Positions 17,890-28,212 are shown, numbered from the stretch's first letter. The stretch: DNA of 64,000 nt from Candidatus Levyibacteriota bacterium (GCA_963790825.1 CAWBPM010000002.1:551159-615158); one strand, 5' to 3'. The notes: a model not told the origin generated them from the letters alone. Numbers and translations: made by a program.

Positions 17890-18522
17890 TTATCCTGTTC
17901 TATGAAATGCTATTGCATGTTTTGATGGAGTATGAAATGGCAGATATGGATTTGCTGAATGGTCATTCGCAAATCGTCTTCCTAAGTCCGGATGAGGCAT
18001 TGCCGAATCCCAATACCCTAATATCACCTTCGATTGATCCCGATTAAAATAAACTTCATCGAATAATACAGCGTGTGCTCCTCCAGTTGGAGTAATGAGA
18101 CCTAGTTGAACAAACGCTCCATCTTGCAATGAATGAATAAGCTCTATTCCACTCGGAAGGACTACTGCACTTGTTTGCATAGGGATACTAGCTGCTTGCG
18201 TTAAAGTATTTATATCTCTTACAAGAGCATCCTGATGTCTTTCTTGTATAAGTAATCCATTATTCTCAATCGCATTTGCTTGTTTTGCCCGTCTTAGAAT
18301 TTCACTTACAACGTTCATTCGCTTCGTATCGTCATAAGTATAAGCTGAAAGAGCCATATCAATACCGGCTAGCCAACAAAGATCAGCTGTCTCAAGTTCC
18401 TTAATCAGACCCTCCTGAACAAATCCTCGATATTTTTCACTCAACTGGTAACGAAACTGAATATGTTTAGAAATAGGTAAATTGCCGTCAGCCTCTGACA
18501 TGCTTTTTATTTTCTCAGCCAT
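17890..18522 (-). CDS. Papain-like (C39-like) cysteine protease domain protein
   Basis: Putative triad CWLA...M, HAVL, YWDS. Confidence 0.55.
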   Translation of the reverse strand: MAEKIKSMSEADGNLPISKHIQFRYQLSEKYRGFVQEGLIKELETADLCWLAGIDMALSAYTYDDTKRMNVVSEILRRAKQANAIENNGLLIQERHQDALVRDINTLTQAASIPMQTSAVVLPSGIELIHSLQDGAFVQLGLITPTGGAHAVLFDEVYFNRDQSKVILGYWDSAMPHPDLGRRFANDHSANPYLPFHTPSKHAIAFHRTG

Positions 18523-18658
18523 GTTATCAGAAGTTTATCAGAAAAAAGGATATAATTCAAACTATAAGACTTAAGCTCCTTCTGGTTGAATATGTAGGGA
18601 ACTGGTACTCACTGTGGTTTGTTTTTATTGAAATCTAAGGAAATAGGCATTTTCTAAA

Positions 18659-19021
18659 CTATTTCATAGGGGTATTTAATTGGAAATAGTTACCATCAGG
18701 ATCTGCAAGTGTAGCCAGTTCCATTTCTTTGTCTTCACCAGGATGATATGGTGCAGCAATTTCTTTCGCACCCATCTTTTTCATTCTTTTGAATTCATTC
18801 GCTACATCATTTGTCTCAAAATTAAACATCATTCTCTCAGGATTTTTATTCTGTCCCCGTACTTTACTATGAGGACCAATCATGAACCAAGCTGATCCTA
18901 CTTCAAAACTTTGAAAATCTCCGCCTGACCAATCAGGATCTCTTTGTAAGATTTTTTTATAGAATTCAACTAACGAGGAAGGATTTTCTGAAAATAGCAA
19001 TATAGAATTAAGTTTTAGCAT
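18659..19021 (-). CDS. VOC/glyoxalase family protein
   Basis: LVEFYKKIL...FNFET.DV...LADPDGNYFQL. Confidence 0.92.
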   Translation of the reverse strand: MLKLNSILLFSENPSSLVEFYKKILQRDPDWSGGDFQSFEVGSAWFMIGPHSKVRGQNKNPERMMFNFETNDVANEFKRMKKMGAKEIAAPYHPGEDKEMELATLADPDGNYFQLNTPMK

Positions 19022-19202
19022 TAAATATTAATAGCAGTCTTGTGTAAAAATTAAATACAGCAAAGGGTAAGAATGAGGTAAGGGCTAACCGGGGTAAAAT
19101 ATATTGGGATTTGTATGCCGGGTAGATTACTCTTTTATTACCTAATGTTAATAAATTAAATTTGCTATTTTTTGCGTAACGTTTTAAAATTAGAAATAAT
19201 CT

Positions 19203-19694
19203 ATGACGAATAAGGATAAAGCGCTTCGTGAACAATTACTAGCACTTCTCCAAGGCGGTCACGCACATATGCCGTTTGACGAGACAGTAAAAGACTTTCC
19301 TAGGGGAAAAATAAATACTCTATTCCCTAATGGCATATATTCTGCTTGGGGACTTTTGGAACATATCCGAAGAACCCAAAATGATATCCTCGAATTTATC
19401 GTCAGTCCGAAATATAAAGAAAAAGAGTGGCCGAAGGACTACTGGCCTGAGCGTACGAAAAAAGCAACACAGAAGGATTGGGAAAATACTATCAAGCAAT
19501 ATAAGATAGATTTGAAAAAGTTATGTTCGATTATTGCAAAGCAAAAAACCAATCTTTATGAGAAAATTCCGCATGGAGATGGGCAAACAATTCTCCGTGA
19601 AATGCTATTAGTTGCGGATCATACAAGTTATCATCTCGGAGAATTTGCAATTATGCGCCAAGTCAGGAAAACCTGGGGCAAAAAACACAAGTAG
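19203..19694 (+). CDS. DinB family protein
   Basis: LLEHIR..Q.DIL...WP..YWP...LVADHTSYHLGE. Confidence 0.9.
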   Translation: MTNKDKALREQLLALLQGGHAHMPFDETVKDFPRGKINTLFPNGIYSAWGLLEHIRRTQNDILEFIVSPKYKEKEWPKDYWPERTKKATQKDWENTIKQYKIDLKKLCSIIAKQKTNLYEKIPHGDGQTILREMLLVADHTSYHLGEFAIMRQVRKTWGKKHK

Positions 19695-19739
19695 CTTCAA
19701 ATACAAAATGAAAAATGAGTAAGCGCGAATTAAACCGTA

Positions 19740-21272
19740 TCACTTTGGATACAGTCTTGACAATTCCGCTAATTCTTTATATGCGTCTTTAGATACCCGG
19801 TCATGCAGTAATGGATCAATATATTTAGAATGTAATGTTTTAATATAATATTCTTTAGCTTTTTGGTAATTTCCGGCGCCTTGATATGCATGTGCAAGAT
19901 TGGAAAGAGTGACTTGGTAAGGATACAGCGCTACCGATTTATTGAAATGCCGTATTGCTTTATCATAATTTTGCCTTGACTCGTATTCAAATCCAAGATT
20001 ATTCTCTATATCGTAATTCGTTTCTATGTTACTATCATGCGTATACAGAGTAAAAGGATCGTGCCAATCCATATTTCTTATCACTGTTCTCCAGGCCAAT
20101 AATATCAGTACTATGCTTCCTGCAATATAACCAGCAACTCTTATTTTATGACCTGGTAATTTTATTGATTGTAAAACAACTCCCAACATTCCTAAAAAAC
20201 CAGCGATTGGGCAATAAAGCAATCGATCTGCGACGGTAACATCATTAGAAAAAAATGGCAAGTTAATAAATAATCCTCCGAGAAACCACAATGAAAAAAA
20301 CAGGAAGATAGATCTCTGGCTGTCTTTTTTCAACCGATATAGATAAACTGTGATAAGCAATAACAAACCAATCTCTATAACCAAAGGGAGATAAAAGTGG
20401 TAATAATCGATAGTTTTGATTACCCATTGTTGATCTATAACCAATCGTATTGGTAAAAATAATATGTTAATATAGTAGAAAATAATTGCCGGTATGTTGA
20501 TAAGTCTTTGAGATAAATTAAGCTGATTGATTGTTCCGCCGCTGGGTTTTGCAATTAATATTCCTCCAACTACGACACGCATAAAAAGATAAATTAAACA
20601 AGCAGTAGCAGCCGTTAAAGAAAACTTAACCAGATACTTTTTCTTAACAAATAGCAAGTAGAAAAAAATAATGATTAAAAAAAGTAAGCCAGTTTCCTTG
20701 GTAAGTAAAGATAATAAGAGTAAGCCTGATATTCCAAACCATCTTTTGAATGTAAGATTACTTTTTAGACAAAGTAGTAAAGCAGTTATGCCGAAGAAAA
20801 AGAATATCGGACTGTTTGAGGCTGTAATATAGGTAACTGATTCTACTTGAGCCGGGTGAAAAAGAAAGATTAAAGAAAGAAATAAAGAGATCTTCTTGCT
20901 AAAAAAATGCTTAAAAAGATAGAAAACTAATATTACGTCTATTATATGCAGCGTCAATTGAAAAATATGATAGAAGAAAACTGCGTCGTGAAACGATAAA
21001 TAAATTAACGTAAAATATAAAACAGTAATTGGTCGGTAAAATGAAGATTCACTGTTAAAAAAACTTTGACCAAATATTTTTTCTATATTAAAAGAATGTA
21101 CCTCGGGATTATTTTGAATATACGAAAGATCATCCATAACAAATCCGTTAAAAAGCATGTTGGAAAAAACTATAAGTCCGACAATAACAATAATATGGGT
21201 TGCTTTTAACGTTGTCAGGGGTAGGAATAGTCTTTTGAAAGAAAATTCTTCCACTCGCAGCTCATCAGACAT
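19740..21272 (-). CDS. TMTC-like GT-C glycosyltransferase with C-terminal TPRs
   Basis: FVMDD, YRP, HP.QVESV, KET, ADRLLY.P, RN.DW followed by TPR repeats. Confidence 0.8.
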   Translation of the reverse strand: MSDELRVEEFSFKRLFLPLTTLKATHIIVIVGLIVFSNMLFNGFVMDDLSYIQNNPEVHSFNIEKIFGQSFFNSESSFYRPITVLYFTLIYLSFHDAVFFYHIFQLTLHIIDVILVFYLFKHFFSKKISLFLSLIFLFHPAQVESVTYITASNSPIFFFFGITALLLCLKSNLTFKRWFGISGLLLLSLLTKETGLLFLIIIFFYLLFVKKKYLVKFSLTAATACLIYLFMRVVVGGILIAKPSGGTINQLNLSQRLINIPAIIFYYINILFLPIRLVIDQQWVIKTIDYYHFYLPLVIEIGLLLLITVYLYRLKKDSQRSIFLFFSLWFLGGLFINLPFFSNDVTVADRLLYCPIAGFLGMLGVVLQSIKLPGHKIRVAGYIAGSIVLILLAWRTVIRNMDWHDPFTLYTHDSNIETNYDIENNLGFEYESRQNYDKAIRHFNKSVALYPYQVTLSNLAHAYQGAGNYQKAKEYYIKTLHSKYIDPLLHDRVSKDAYKELAELSRLYPK

Positions 21273-21324
21273 ATACTTAATAATAATTGAGAAGTAATCT
21301 ACTTACAAGACTATATCAGGGAAG

Positions 21325-22644
21325 TTATTTTGTTATGCCTAAGCGTTCGTAAGCAGTATCAATGTTTTTCAAATAAAAATCCGGACTGAATATTTCATTC
21401 ATCTGCTTTTTCTTAATCATCCCCGAAATCTGCGGATCTTGCGATGCAAGGCGCTTTAACGGGGTTTTTTCATCCATTGCTTGCTGTGAAAGTTTTTTTA
21501 CCAGATCATACGCTTGCGTTCGACCCATTCCTGCGTCTACCATAGTATTTAAGAGACGGGAACTGTAAATTGCTCCATATGTTCTGTTCATGTTTTCCCG
21601 CATCCGATCAGGAAATACGACCAAATCGGCAATTACTCCGGTCGTAAGTTTAGTAGCATAGTCCAAAGCGCCAAACTGATCAGGGAAAGAAAACCGCTCA
21701 GTCGATGAATGACTGATATCGCGTTCAAGCCATGAGGGCATTGTTTCAAGTTCTATTGCAGCGCTGCCTCGAATGATACGATTTAACCCCGCTACCCTTT
21801 CAGATACATCAGGATTTCTTTTATGCGGCATTGCCGATGATCCCTGTTTGGTTTGCTGATCAAAAGGTTCTTGCACCTCCCCGATGTCTGTCATCGCGAG
21901 AAGCCGAATATCTGTTGTTATTCTCTCAAGCGTCCCGCCATTGACCGCCATGAGACTGGTAACTTCTGCATGTCGATCCCGGCTTATTATTTGTGCCGGA
22001 GCCGGATCAGGTTTCAGTCCTAAGATAACAAGCGACCGCTCTTCAAGTTTTGGATCGATAAAGACATTTGTCCCGACCTCGCCTGAACATTTCCCGACTG
22101 CGATAACTTCTTTTGCCCGCTTAAATCTATCCATTCCCCTGGTAGTCTCTGAGTACCAGCCAAGCACTTGCCGACCAAATGTCTGAGGAATTGCATGCTG
22201 TCCATGCGTTCTTGCAATTTGAAGAGTCCTTCTGTGTTTTTTCGCCTGATCCAAAAGTGCCCCGCTCAACTTTCCAAAATCTTCTTCACAGACATCAAGA
22301 GACTCACGGATTTGTAATGCAAGCCCTGTATCTAAAATGTCACTACTTGTATTGCCTCTATGAATATAGTTTCCAAGCTCTGGACGAAGACGTGACTGAA
22401 CTTTTCGCAGTAATTTATTCGTTTCGTGTCCTTCTGCTTTATTAAAATCCGCCAGGTCCTCAGGAGTTAATACCAATGCCCGCTCAATCTGTTCTACTTC
22501 TTCCGCAGTTGGGTCTCCGTAAAGTTCGTGTCGTGCTCTTGTCTGCGCCAGCCAAATTCTTCCCTGCGCCCTCGCGTATCCTTCAGGCTTCCAAATCCTG
22601 GCTATTTCCGGCACTTCCCCTTCATATCTAGCTGGTAGCGGCAT
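21325..22644 (-). CDS. purB: Adenylosuccinate lyase
   Basis: H.G.TSSDILDT, RTHGQHA.P, GSSAMPHKRNP, ERDISHSSTER; start revised to MPLPARY. Confidence 0.97.
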   Translation of the reverse strand: MPLPARYEGEVPEIARIWKPEGYARAQGRIWLAQTRARHELYGDPTAEEVEQIERALVLTPEDLADFNKAEGHETNKLLRKVQSRLRPELGNYIHRGNTSSDILDTGLALQIRESLDVCEEDFGKLSGALLDQAKKHRRTLQIARTHGQHAIPQTFGRQVLGWYSETTRGMDRFKRAKEVIAVGKCSGEVGTNVFIDPKLEERSLVILGLKPDPAPAQIISRDRHAEVTSLMAVNGGTLERITTDIRLLAMTDIGEVQEPFDQQTKQGSSAMPHKRNPDVSERVAGLNRIIRGSAAIELETMPSWLERDISHSSTERFSFPDQFGALDYATKLTTGVIADLVVFPDRMRENMNRTYGAIYSSRLLNTMVDAGMGRTQAYDLVKKLSQQAMDEKTPLKRLASQDPQISGMIKKKQMNEIFSPDFYLKNIDTAYERLGITK

Positions 22645-22760
22645 ATATTTATTGAGAAACACTATATAGTAGGAATTGCCTTAAGTCAAGAGAGATAAAT
22701 GAATATATATTTAATGATTTTTTCCACCAATTATAAAGAGGACGTTGAATCTAGTTCAGC

Positions 22761-22789
22761 TTGACATATTAAGATTTACTAATTATAAT
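22761..22789 (+). promoter_or_regulatory. Consensus sigma70 promoter
   Basis: TTGACA-17 nt-TATAAT. Confidence 0.75.
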
Positions 22790-22941
22790 GACCAAAATTA
22801 CAGACCCACTTTTATATCCTAAATCCCCTAATACTCAGTCATAAAAATAATTTACAACCTGTAAATTATTTTAAAATAGCGCTCGTTTTTCCTGTTTTTT
22901 TGGGGAAAGATTTTGCGGCTTAATATTGACATAAACAAATT

Positions 22942-23637
22942 ATGCTTAAAGAAAGGTTTGAAAATATATTACATAAAACCAAGCGCAGTTCTTATGCAGG
23001 GATATTAGCTGTCTCATCGCTTTTTACCCCGGCAATCTATGCAAAGGCGCAAACTATTCAAAACGAAATGAGTCCTCCCTATTGTACGGGTCAAGCCCAA
23101 GATAATACAATTATACAGTCTGCGACAATAGAACATTCCCCCACCACCCTTCAAAATCCTGAAGTTGTATTTACTAGCCTACACGATAATTATACTAATT
23201 CTCAGGAAATTAGATTTCCCCAAGTCGTTTATCCCGATTCAACTACTAACCAGCAATATATTAAACAATATAAACATAGGAAGCATTCGAAAATACGCGA
23301 ATCAAGATACCAATTACATATTGATTCTAAAAAAATAAATCCCCCAGCCCATCTGCATACTACAAGGGAGATTCAAGCCTATGTCAGACATGCAACTGAT
23401 AATATGTGGGATGATGGTCAATGGCTGCCTGTCTTTAATATTGTATATTGCGAATCGAGATGGAACCCAACAGCCGGAAGTAAATTCGGGCCTTATGGAC
23501 TTTTTCAGGATGAAGCCGGATTCAATGGAGATTATAGTATTCCTCATCAGGTATATGTTGGGCTAAATTATATAAAAGATACTTACGCTACTCCAGCTAA
23601 GGCTTGGGTTCATTGGCAACAATGGTCATCATATTAA
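22942..23637 (+). CDS. Exported lytic transglycosylase (SLT/lysozyme-like) domain protein
   Basis: IVYCESRWNP.A...YGLFQ...Q...GLNYIKDTY.TP.KAW..W....Y. Confidence 0.85.
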   Translation: MLKERFENILHKTKRSSYAGILAVSSLFTPAIYAKAQTIQNEMSPPYCTGQAQDNTIIQSATIEHSPTTLQNPEVVFTSLHDNYTNSQEIRFPQVVYPDSTTNQQYIKQYKHRKHSKIRESRYQLHIDSKKINPPAHLHTTREIQAYVRHATDNMWDDGQWLPVFNIVYCESRWNPTAGSKFGPYGLFQDEAGFNGDYSIPHQVYVGLNYIKDTYATPAKAWVHWQQWSSY

Positions 23638-23715
23638 AATAACAAACAACAAAATATTTCATACTGTTTTATTTATTCTTGTTGTAAATTTTCACTGTTA
23701 ATGTATAATTAATCT

Positions 23716-25065
23716 TTGGCGAAAAATAACAATTTTATGGACGATTTTTTTAGCAGGTCGCAAAAATACTTAACAACTGCAGCCCAAACAATTACTGTCA
23801 CTCAAAAACTACTGGATAAACTCGTGTTTCACGATAAAATATTGGAATTTGACTTACCGCTTATTCGGAAAAACGGAAAAAAACAGATTATAAAAGGCTA
23901 CAGGCTGCAACATGATAATACACTTGGTCCATATAAAGGAGGCCTGCGTTTCCACCCCAATGTTTCACTTGATGAGATAAAAGCACTTTCTCTTTTGATG
24001 ACTATCAAATGTGCTTTAATCGACATTCCTTTCGGCGGAGGTAAGGGTGGTATACAAATTGATCCGAAATCTTTAAGCGAAATTGAGCTCGAAGAATTGA
24101 CGCGTGAATTTACCAGGCAACTGGTAAAGCATATTGGTCCTGAGAAAGATATTCCTGCCCCTGATGTAAATACCAATTCGAAAATTATGTCTTGGATAGT
24201 TGATGAATATAAAAAACAAATAAAAAAAACAGAAAATAATAAATACTCCGATAATCAATTACATGCAGTTGTAACCGGAAAGCCGATTGAACTGGGAGGA
24301 TCTGAAGGCAGGACTCAAGCGACGGGTTATGGCGGAACATATGCGCTGCTTGCTGTTCTGAAAATATTAAATAAGAAACCTCAGGATTTAACAGTCGCAG
24401 TACAGGGGTTTGGGAATGTCGGTAAATATGTAGCAGAGTCTATGCAAAAAGCAGGCTTCAAGGTAGTTGCCGTATCCGACTCAAAGATAGGAATTTACAT
24501 TCCAACCGGATTACCTGATATAAGCAAAATAGCCAAGTATAAAGAGCAAAGAGGGTTTCTGGCAGGATGCTATTGTATTGGGGACGTTTGTGATATCAGA
24601 AATAAAGAAAAGGTCGGCGGGAAAGATATTAAACCGGAAGATATTCTGACTCTTAATGTGGATATAATCGTTCCTGCAGCTTTAGAAAACGTTATTACTA
24701 AAAATAATGTAAATGATATAAAGGCAAAAATTGTTTTGGAAATGGCTAATGGTCCAATCACCGCTGACGCGGATAATATATTGCAGAAAAAAGGAATTTT
24801 GGTAATTCCGGATATTTTAGCTAATTCGGGAGGCGTAGCGGTAAGTTATTTTGAATGGTTCCAAAATATGCATAACGAAAAATGGACAAAAAAGGAAGTC
24901 TTAAATAAGCTACGAACAAAAATGGAGAAAGCTACAATCGATGTTTATAAACTGCATAGAAAATATCAAGTACCACTACGTATTGCGGCTTACATTAATG
25001 CATTACAAAGAATACAAAAAGCATGGAGAAGTAAAAATAGGAAAATAAAAATTAGTAGTAAATAA
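23716..25065 (+). CDS. gdhA: Glu/Leu/Phe/Val dehydrogenase (glutamate dehydrogenase)
   Basis: GPYKGGLRFHP, GGGKGG, DIPAPDV, VQGFGNVG, EMANGP, ANSGGVAVSYFEW. Confidence 0.95.
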   Translation: MAKNNNFMDDFFSRSQKYLTTAAQTITVTQKLLDKLVFHDKILEFDLPLIRKNGKKQIIKGYRLQHDNTLGPYKGGLRFHPNVSLDEIKALSLLMTIKCALIDIPFGGGKGGIQIDPKSLSEIELEELTREFTRQLVKHIGPEKDIPAPDVNTNSKIMSWIVDEYKKQIKKTENNKYSDNQLHAVVTGKPIELGGSEGRTQATGYGGTYALLAVLKILNKKPQDLTVAVQGFGNVGKYVAESMQKAGFKVVAVSDSKIGIYIPTGLPDISKIAKYKEQRGFLAGCYCIGDVCDIRNKEKVGGKDIKPEDILTLNVDIIVPAALENVITKNNVNDIKAKIVLEMANGPITADADNILQKKGILVIPDILANSGGVAVSYFEWFQNMHNEKWTKKEVLNKLRTKMEKATIDVYKLHRKYQVPLRIAAYINALQRIQKAWRSKNRKIKISSK

Positions 25066-25067
25066 TA

Positions 25068-26576
25068 TTATCCTATGCTTTTTCGAAGTATTGCCGATTC
25101 TGCAATGAGTTCTGTCATCGGTTTTTTGTTTTTGAACATTTTATAGATATGAGACACTAGGTAGTGATGCTCTTTTTCCGAGTCGCTAACCGGAATCAAT
25201 TCTTCACCTAAATATTCCTCAACTCCGGTAATATCCTGCAGTACTTCTTCTACCTCCGATGATTTCCTGACTAATTTTACTAAAACATCTTTGTTGACAA
25301 ATCTTCCCGATTGTAACAGGTCGCTTTTTAAATGAATGTAATATTTTTCAATAAGCGGCAGTAATCCCATTTTTTTCGCCCGCCGGAGTCCCCTGCCGGT
25401 ACCGATCATTTCGGGCGGGATACCAAGTGAATACAAAGCTCCTGTGAATCCGATTGCCCGGGGAAGTCTTACTCTTCCGACACCTCTGGAATAGCCGAAC
25501 AGTCCGATATGCTGTACCCGCTCGCGTCTTTTCGGTAACTGCGACGCGACTTCATTTATCACATCTGCCATTCCCTCCACTGTTTTTTTATAATACCGCT
25601 CAAATATGGGAATCATTTCTATTAATTCTTGCTCTTCCTGCTTGCTAATTACTGCTGCTTCCCCGAGCGGTAATAATTGCTCAAGTTCTGAAATTCCCCG
25701 TATCACACTATGTTTGCCGAAGTCATATCGGAAAGCACTTTGCAGCAGGGCTGTTCTGATTCCTCTATATTCTTCTGCGAATTTCTTTATATGCAGTGGG
25801 GATAATCCGCCGCGGAAAGGTAAAGTAGCTGAGCCGATAATCGGGAAAAGCTCAATTTGTTCTTTTTTCGTCAGCGTTCTATATCTGGACAGTGCAATTT
25901 TTATCGCGAGAACTGTGGGCACCAAACCCGAATTAAGCGCCGGATCCGACCTGGCAAGATACGGACGGATATACGCTGGGGTAAAACCAAATTTCATTTT
26001 GTGCATCTGTAAATATCTTTTAAGAATTGCGTCAGAACTCATAATCGTTCCCACTTGTTCGAAAAGCGGTATAACCTCAATATGTTTCAAAGAATCGTTT
26101 TCCAAACGGTACAGTTTATGTTTCAGATTCGCAATTTCCGAAAATGCTTCCTGAATATCAATCATCTCTTCTGCGCTCTCAGTCATCGGCAGAATTACTT
26201 CAAAAAGTGATGGGTTATGGAGACCAAACTTACTCGCCATTGAGGTGGAGCTCAAAATCCCCATAAAAGCTCTCCCCAAGCGAAATTCTGTTTCGACTGT
26301 TGGATTCGGAAGACGAAATGTCAGAAATTTATCTTTTCCCAATTGATTTTTTTTAAAAAAATCATAATGAGTAGATAAAAGCCGCTCCATGACCGACTCA
26401 TCAACCAATTTCCCTTCCCAATCCCATTTATACTCACTGCTTCCAAGCTCTGAGAAAGATAAAAAACACTCTTCTGCTTCGTATTGCGTGCTGATAAATG
26501 CCTGGTTATGCCAATAGGGAATTCCCGCGTGATCCGGATGCTGGGAAACCATAGTAGCTGAAATTTTTCTTCGCAT
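25068..26576 (-). CDS. ppcA: Archaeal-type phosphoenolpyruvate carboxylase
   Basis: M.SQHPD, WDWEGK, FEVILPMT, ARSDPA, PFRG, QSAFRYD, GLFGYSR, LPRAI. Confidence 0.93.
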   Translation of the reverse strand: MRRKISATMVSQHPDHAGIPYWHNQAFISTQYEAEECFLSFSELGSSEYKWDWEGKLVDESVMERLLSTHYDFFKKNQLGKDKFLTFRLPNPTVETEFRLGRAFMGILSSTSMASKFGLHNPSLFEVILPMTESAEEMIDIQEAFSEIANLKHKLYRLENDSLKHIEVIPLFEQVGTIMSSDAILKRYLQMHKMKFGFTPAYIRPYLARSDPALNSGLVPTVLAIKIALSRYRTLTKKEQIELFPIIGSATLPFRGGLSPLHIKKFAEEYRGIRTALLQSAFRYDFGKHSVIRGISELEQLLPLGEAAVISKQEEQELIEMIPIFERYYKKTVEGMADVINEVASQLPKRRERVQHIGLFGYSRGVGRVRLPRAIGFTGALYSLGIPPEMIGTGRGLRRAKKMGLLPLIEKYYIHLKSDLLQSGRFVNKDVLVKLVRKSSEVEEVLQDITGVEEYLGEELIPVSDSEKEHHYLVSHIYKMFKNKKPMTELIAESAILRKSIG

Positions 26577-26646
26577 ATTTATTGACGGGCTGATTATAGC
26601 ACCTTTCTAAGAGGTATTTCAAAATTGTGAAAAGTATTTTTGGAAA

Positions 26647-27528
26647 TTATATTGAGACAATAAAATCTGTAAAAGATTTTCTGACTGTTTGAGGATCATT
26701 TTGCCTGACAACATCGGAGATAAAAGTTGCCAGGGGTAATTCTACTTTTGCTTGCGCTTTAAAATATTCGATTGAAGGAAGAGAATCAAAACCTTCAACT
26801 GTACTGTTTACCTTACACAGAGACTCTTCGACGGAATATTGCGTAAGGAACGCTCCAAAACTAAAATTTCTGCTCTCAATACTATTGCAAGTAAGAATTA
26901 AATCACCTAAAGTTCCGGCAGTCATATCGGAATCAATACTGAGATGAAGATTTTTGTACCAGTTACTCATTTCTTCTATTGCAAGTATAATTAGTTTTAT
27001 TCTGGTATTTGTTCCGTATCCAAGTCCATCCGCCAGTCCGCAAACAATCGCATAGATATTCTTAAATGCCGCAGAAAATTCTAATATTTCTACCCCTTTT
27101 GTTAATTTTACCTTGAAAAAATCTGTCTGGAAAAGTTCCTGAATCTTATTAATGTTTTTACCTTCTTTTTTATAACCGAGATTTACCAGTGTCGGCATTT
27201 TTTTAACTACTTCGTCTGCAAAACTCGGTCCTATTAATGTGTAATACTCTATATCGTTTCCCAAAACTTCATGTACGATTTGCCAAGGAAAAAGATGTGT
27301 ATTTTTTTCTATTCCTTTCGCCGTATTTACTATTATTTTATTTTCTCCGGAAAAAGAAATATATTGCAGGCAATCTCTGATAGATTGGGTTGGAACGGAT
27401 AAAATGATTGTGTCCTGGTCGGAAGATTTTTCTTCTCGCTTTAAAAAAGAAACCGTTGAACAGTTTTGTTCTACTACTGAAAACATAGCTCTTCCCCAAA
27501 CTCCATTTCCTAATATTTTTACTTTCAT
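26647..27528 (-). CDS. gpsA: NAD(P)H-dependent glycerol-3-phosphate dehydrogenase
   Basis: GNGVWG, KGIE, GPSFA, KNIYAI..G, GDLILTC.S..SRN, VEG. Confidence 0.93.
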   Translation of the reverse strand: MKVKILGNGVWGRAMFSVVEQNCSTVSFLKREEKSSDQDTIILSVPTQSIRDCLQYISFSGENKIIVNTAKGIEKNTHLFPWQIVHEVLGNDIEYYTLIGPSFADEVVKKMPTLVNLGYKKEGKNINKIQELFQTDFFKVKLTKGVEILEFSAAFKNIYAIVCGLADGLGYGTNTRIKLIILAIEEMSNWYKNLHLSIDSDMTAGTLGDLILTCNSIESRNFSFGAFLTQYSVEESLCKVNSTVEGFDSLPSIEYFKAQAKVELPLATFISDVVRQNDPQTVRKSFTDFIVSI

Positions 27529-27639
27529 TACCTGAAGTATAGAAGATTTTACAGCAAAAATAAACTAAATCATCCTTATTATCCTATTTAGTTAAGGCAC
27601 TATCGAGTCTTGACGAAGTTGGAGTTTTTTTTATAGACA

Positions 27640-28212
27640 TCAAATGATAGGTATTACTCTTATTTTTTTCTGATGCTGGGGTGATTTAGAAGAATCAACG
27701 CCATATAATATTACTTCTTTACAGGGAAAATTCCACTTTATTTTATCTAATCGTAAACGAAGCTTTTCTCTATTCTTAATAAAACTCCTCTTTGCCGAAT
27801 TATTCACCATTTTTCCTATTGTTAAATGCGGATGGAACGAATTCATGTTATCAGTATCGCTATATGGTGCCAATATCTCAGAAAGCTTTTTATTGAAAGC
27901 AACCAACGGAGTAGGATGGATAACGTTTAAATATAAAACTTTGGGATTAGCCCGGGTAAAATAATCAAATCCCCCGACAGTTAGTAAAGAATTGCCTAGG
28001 ATACTCAGTTTTGGTTTTATTAGATCAATAATCGTATCTACCATGTTCTGAGATTGTTTATTCAAATAATAGAGAGTTATATGAGGAGTTTTTGCCTGAG
28101 CGGTCTCAATATTTGCATCAATTATTTTAATTTCTTTTAATAATTTCTCAAATTCTTCCTGATATTCTTGCGGCAGCGCTATTCCTATGAAACAGGAAGA
28201 ATAAACTTTCAT
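27640..28212 (-). CDS. thpR: 2H phosphoesterase (RNA 2',3'-cyclic phosphodiesterase family)
   Basis: Two HxT motifs, PHITL and PHLTI. Confidence 0.85.
   Translation of the reverse strand: MKVYSSCFIGIALPQEYQEEFEKLLKEIKIIDANIETAQAKTPHITLYYLNKQSQNMVDTIIDLIKPKLSILGNSLLTVGGFDYFTRANPKVLYLNVIHPTPLVAFNKKLSEILAPYSDTDNMNSFHPHLTIGKMVNNSAKRSFIKNREKLRLRLDKIKWNFPCKEVILYGVDSSKSPQHQKKIRVIPII

Noticed and set aside
15130-19700. Integron cassette array
   Set aside because: Genes lie on both strands, there is no integrase, and GTTRRRY-like words lack paired attC hairpins of adequate length.
22788-22844. Leader peptide MTKITDPLLYPKSPNTQS
   Set aside because: Its ATG overlaps the -10 box, so it would not be in the transcript.
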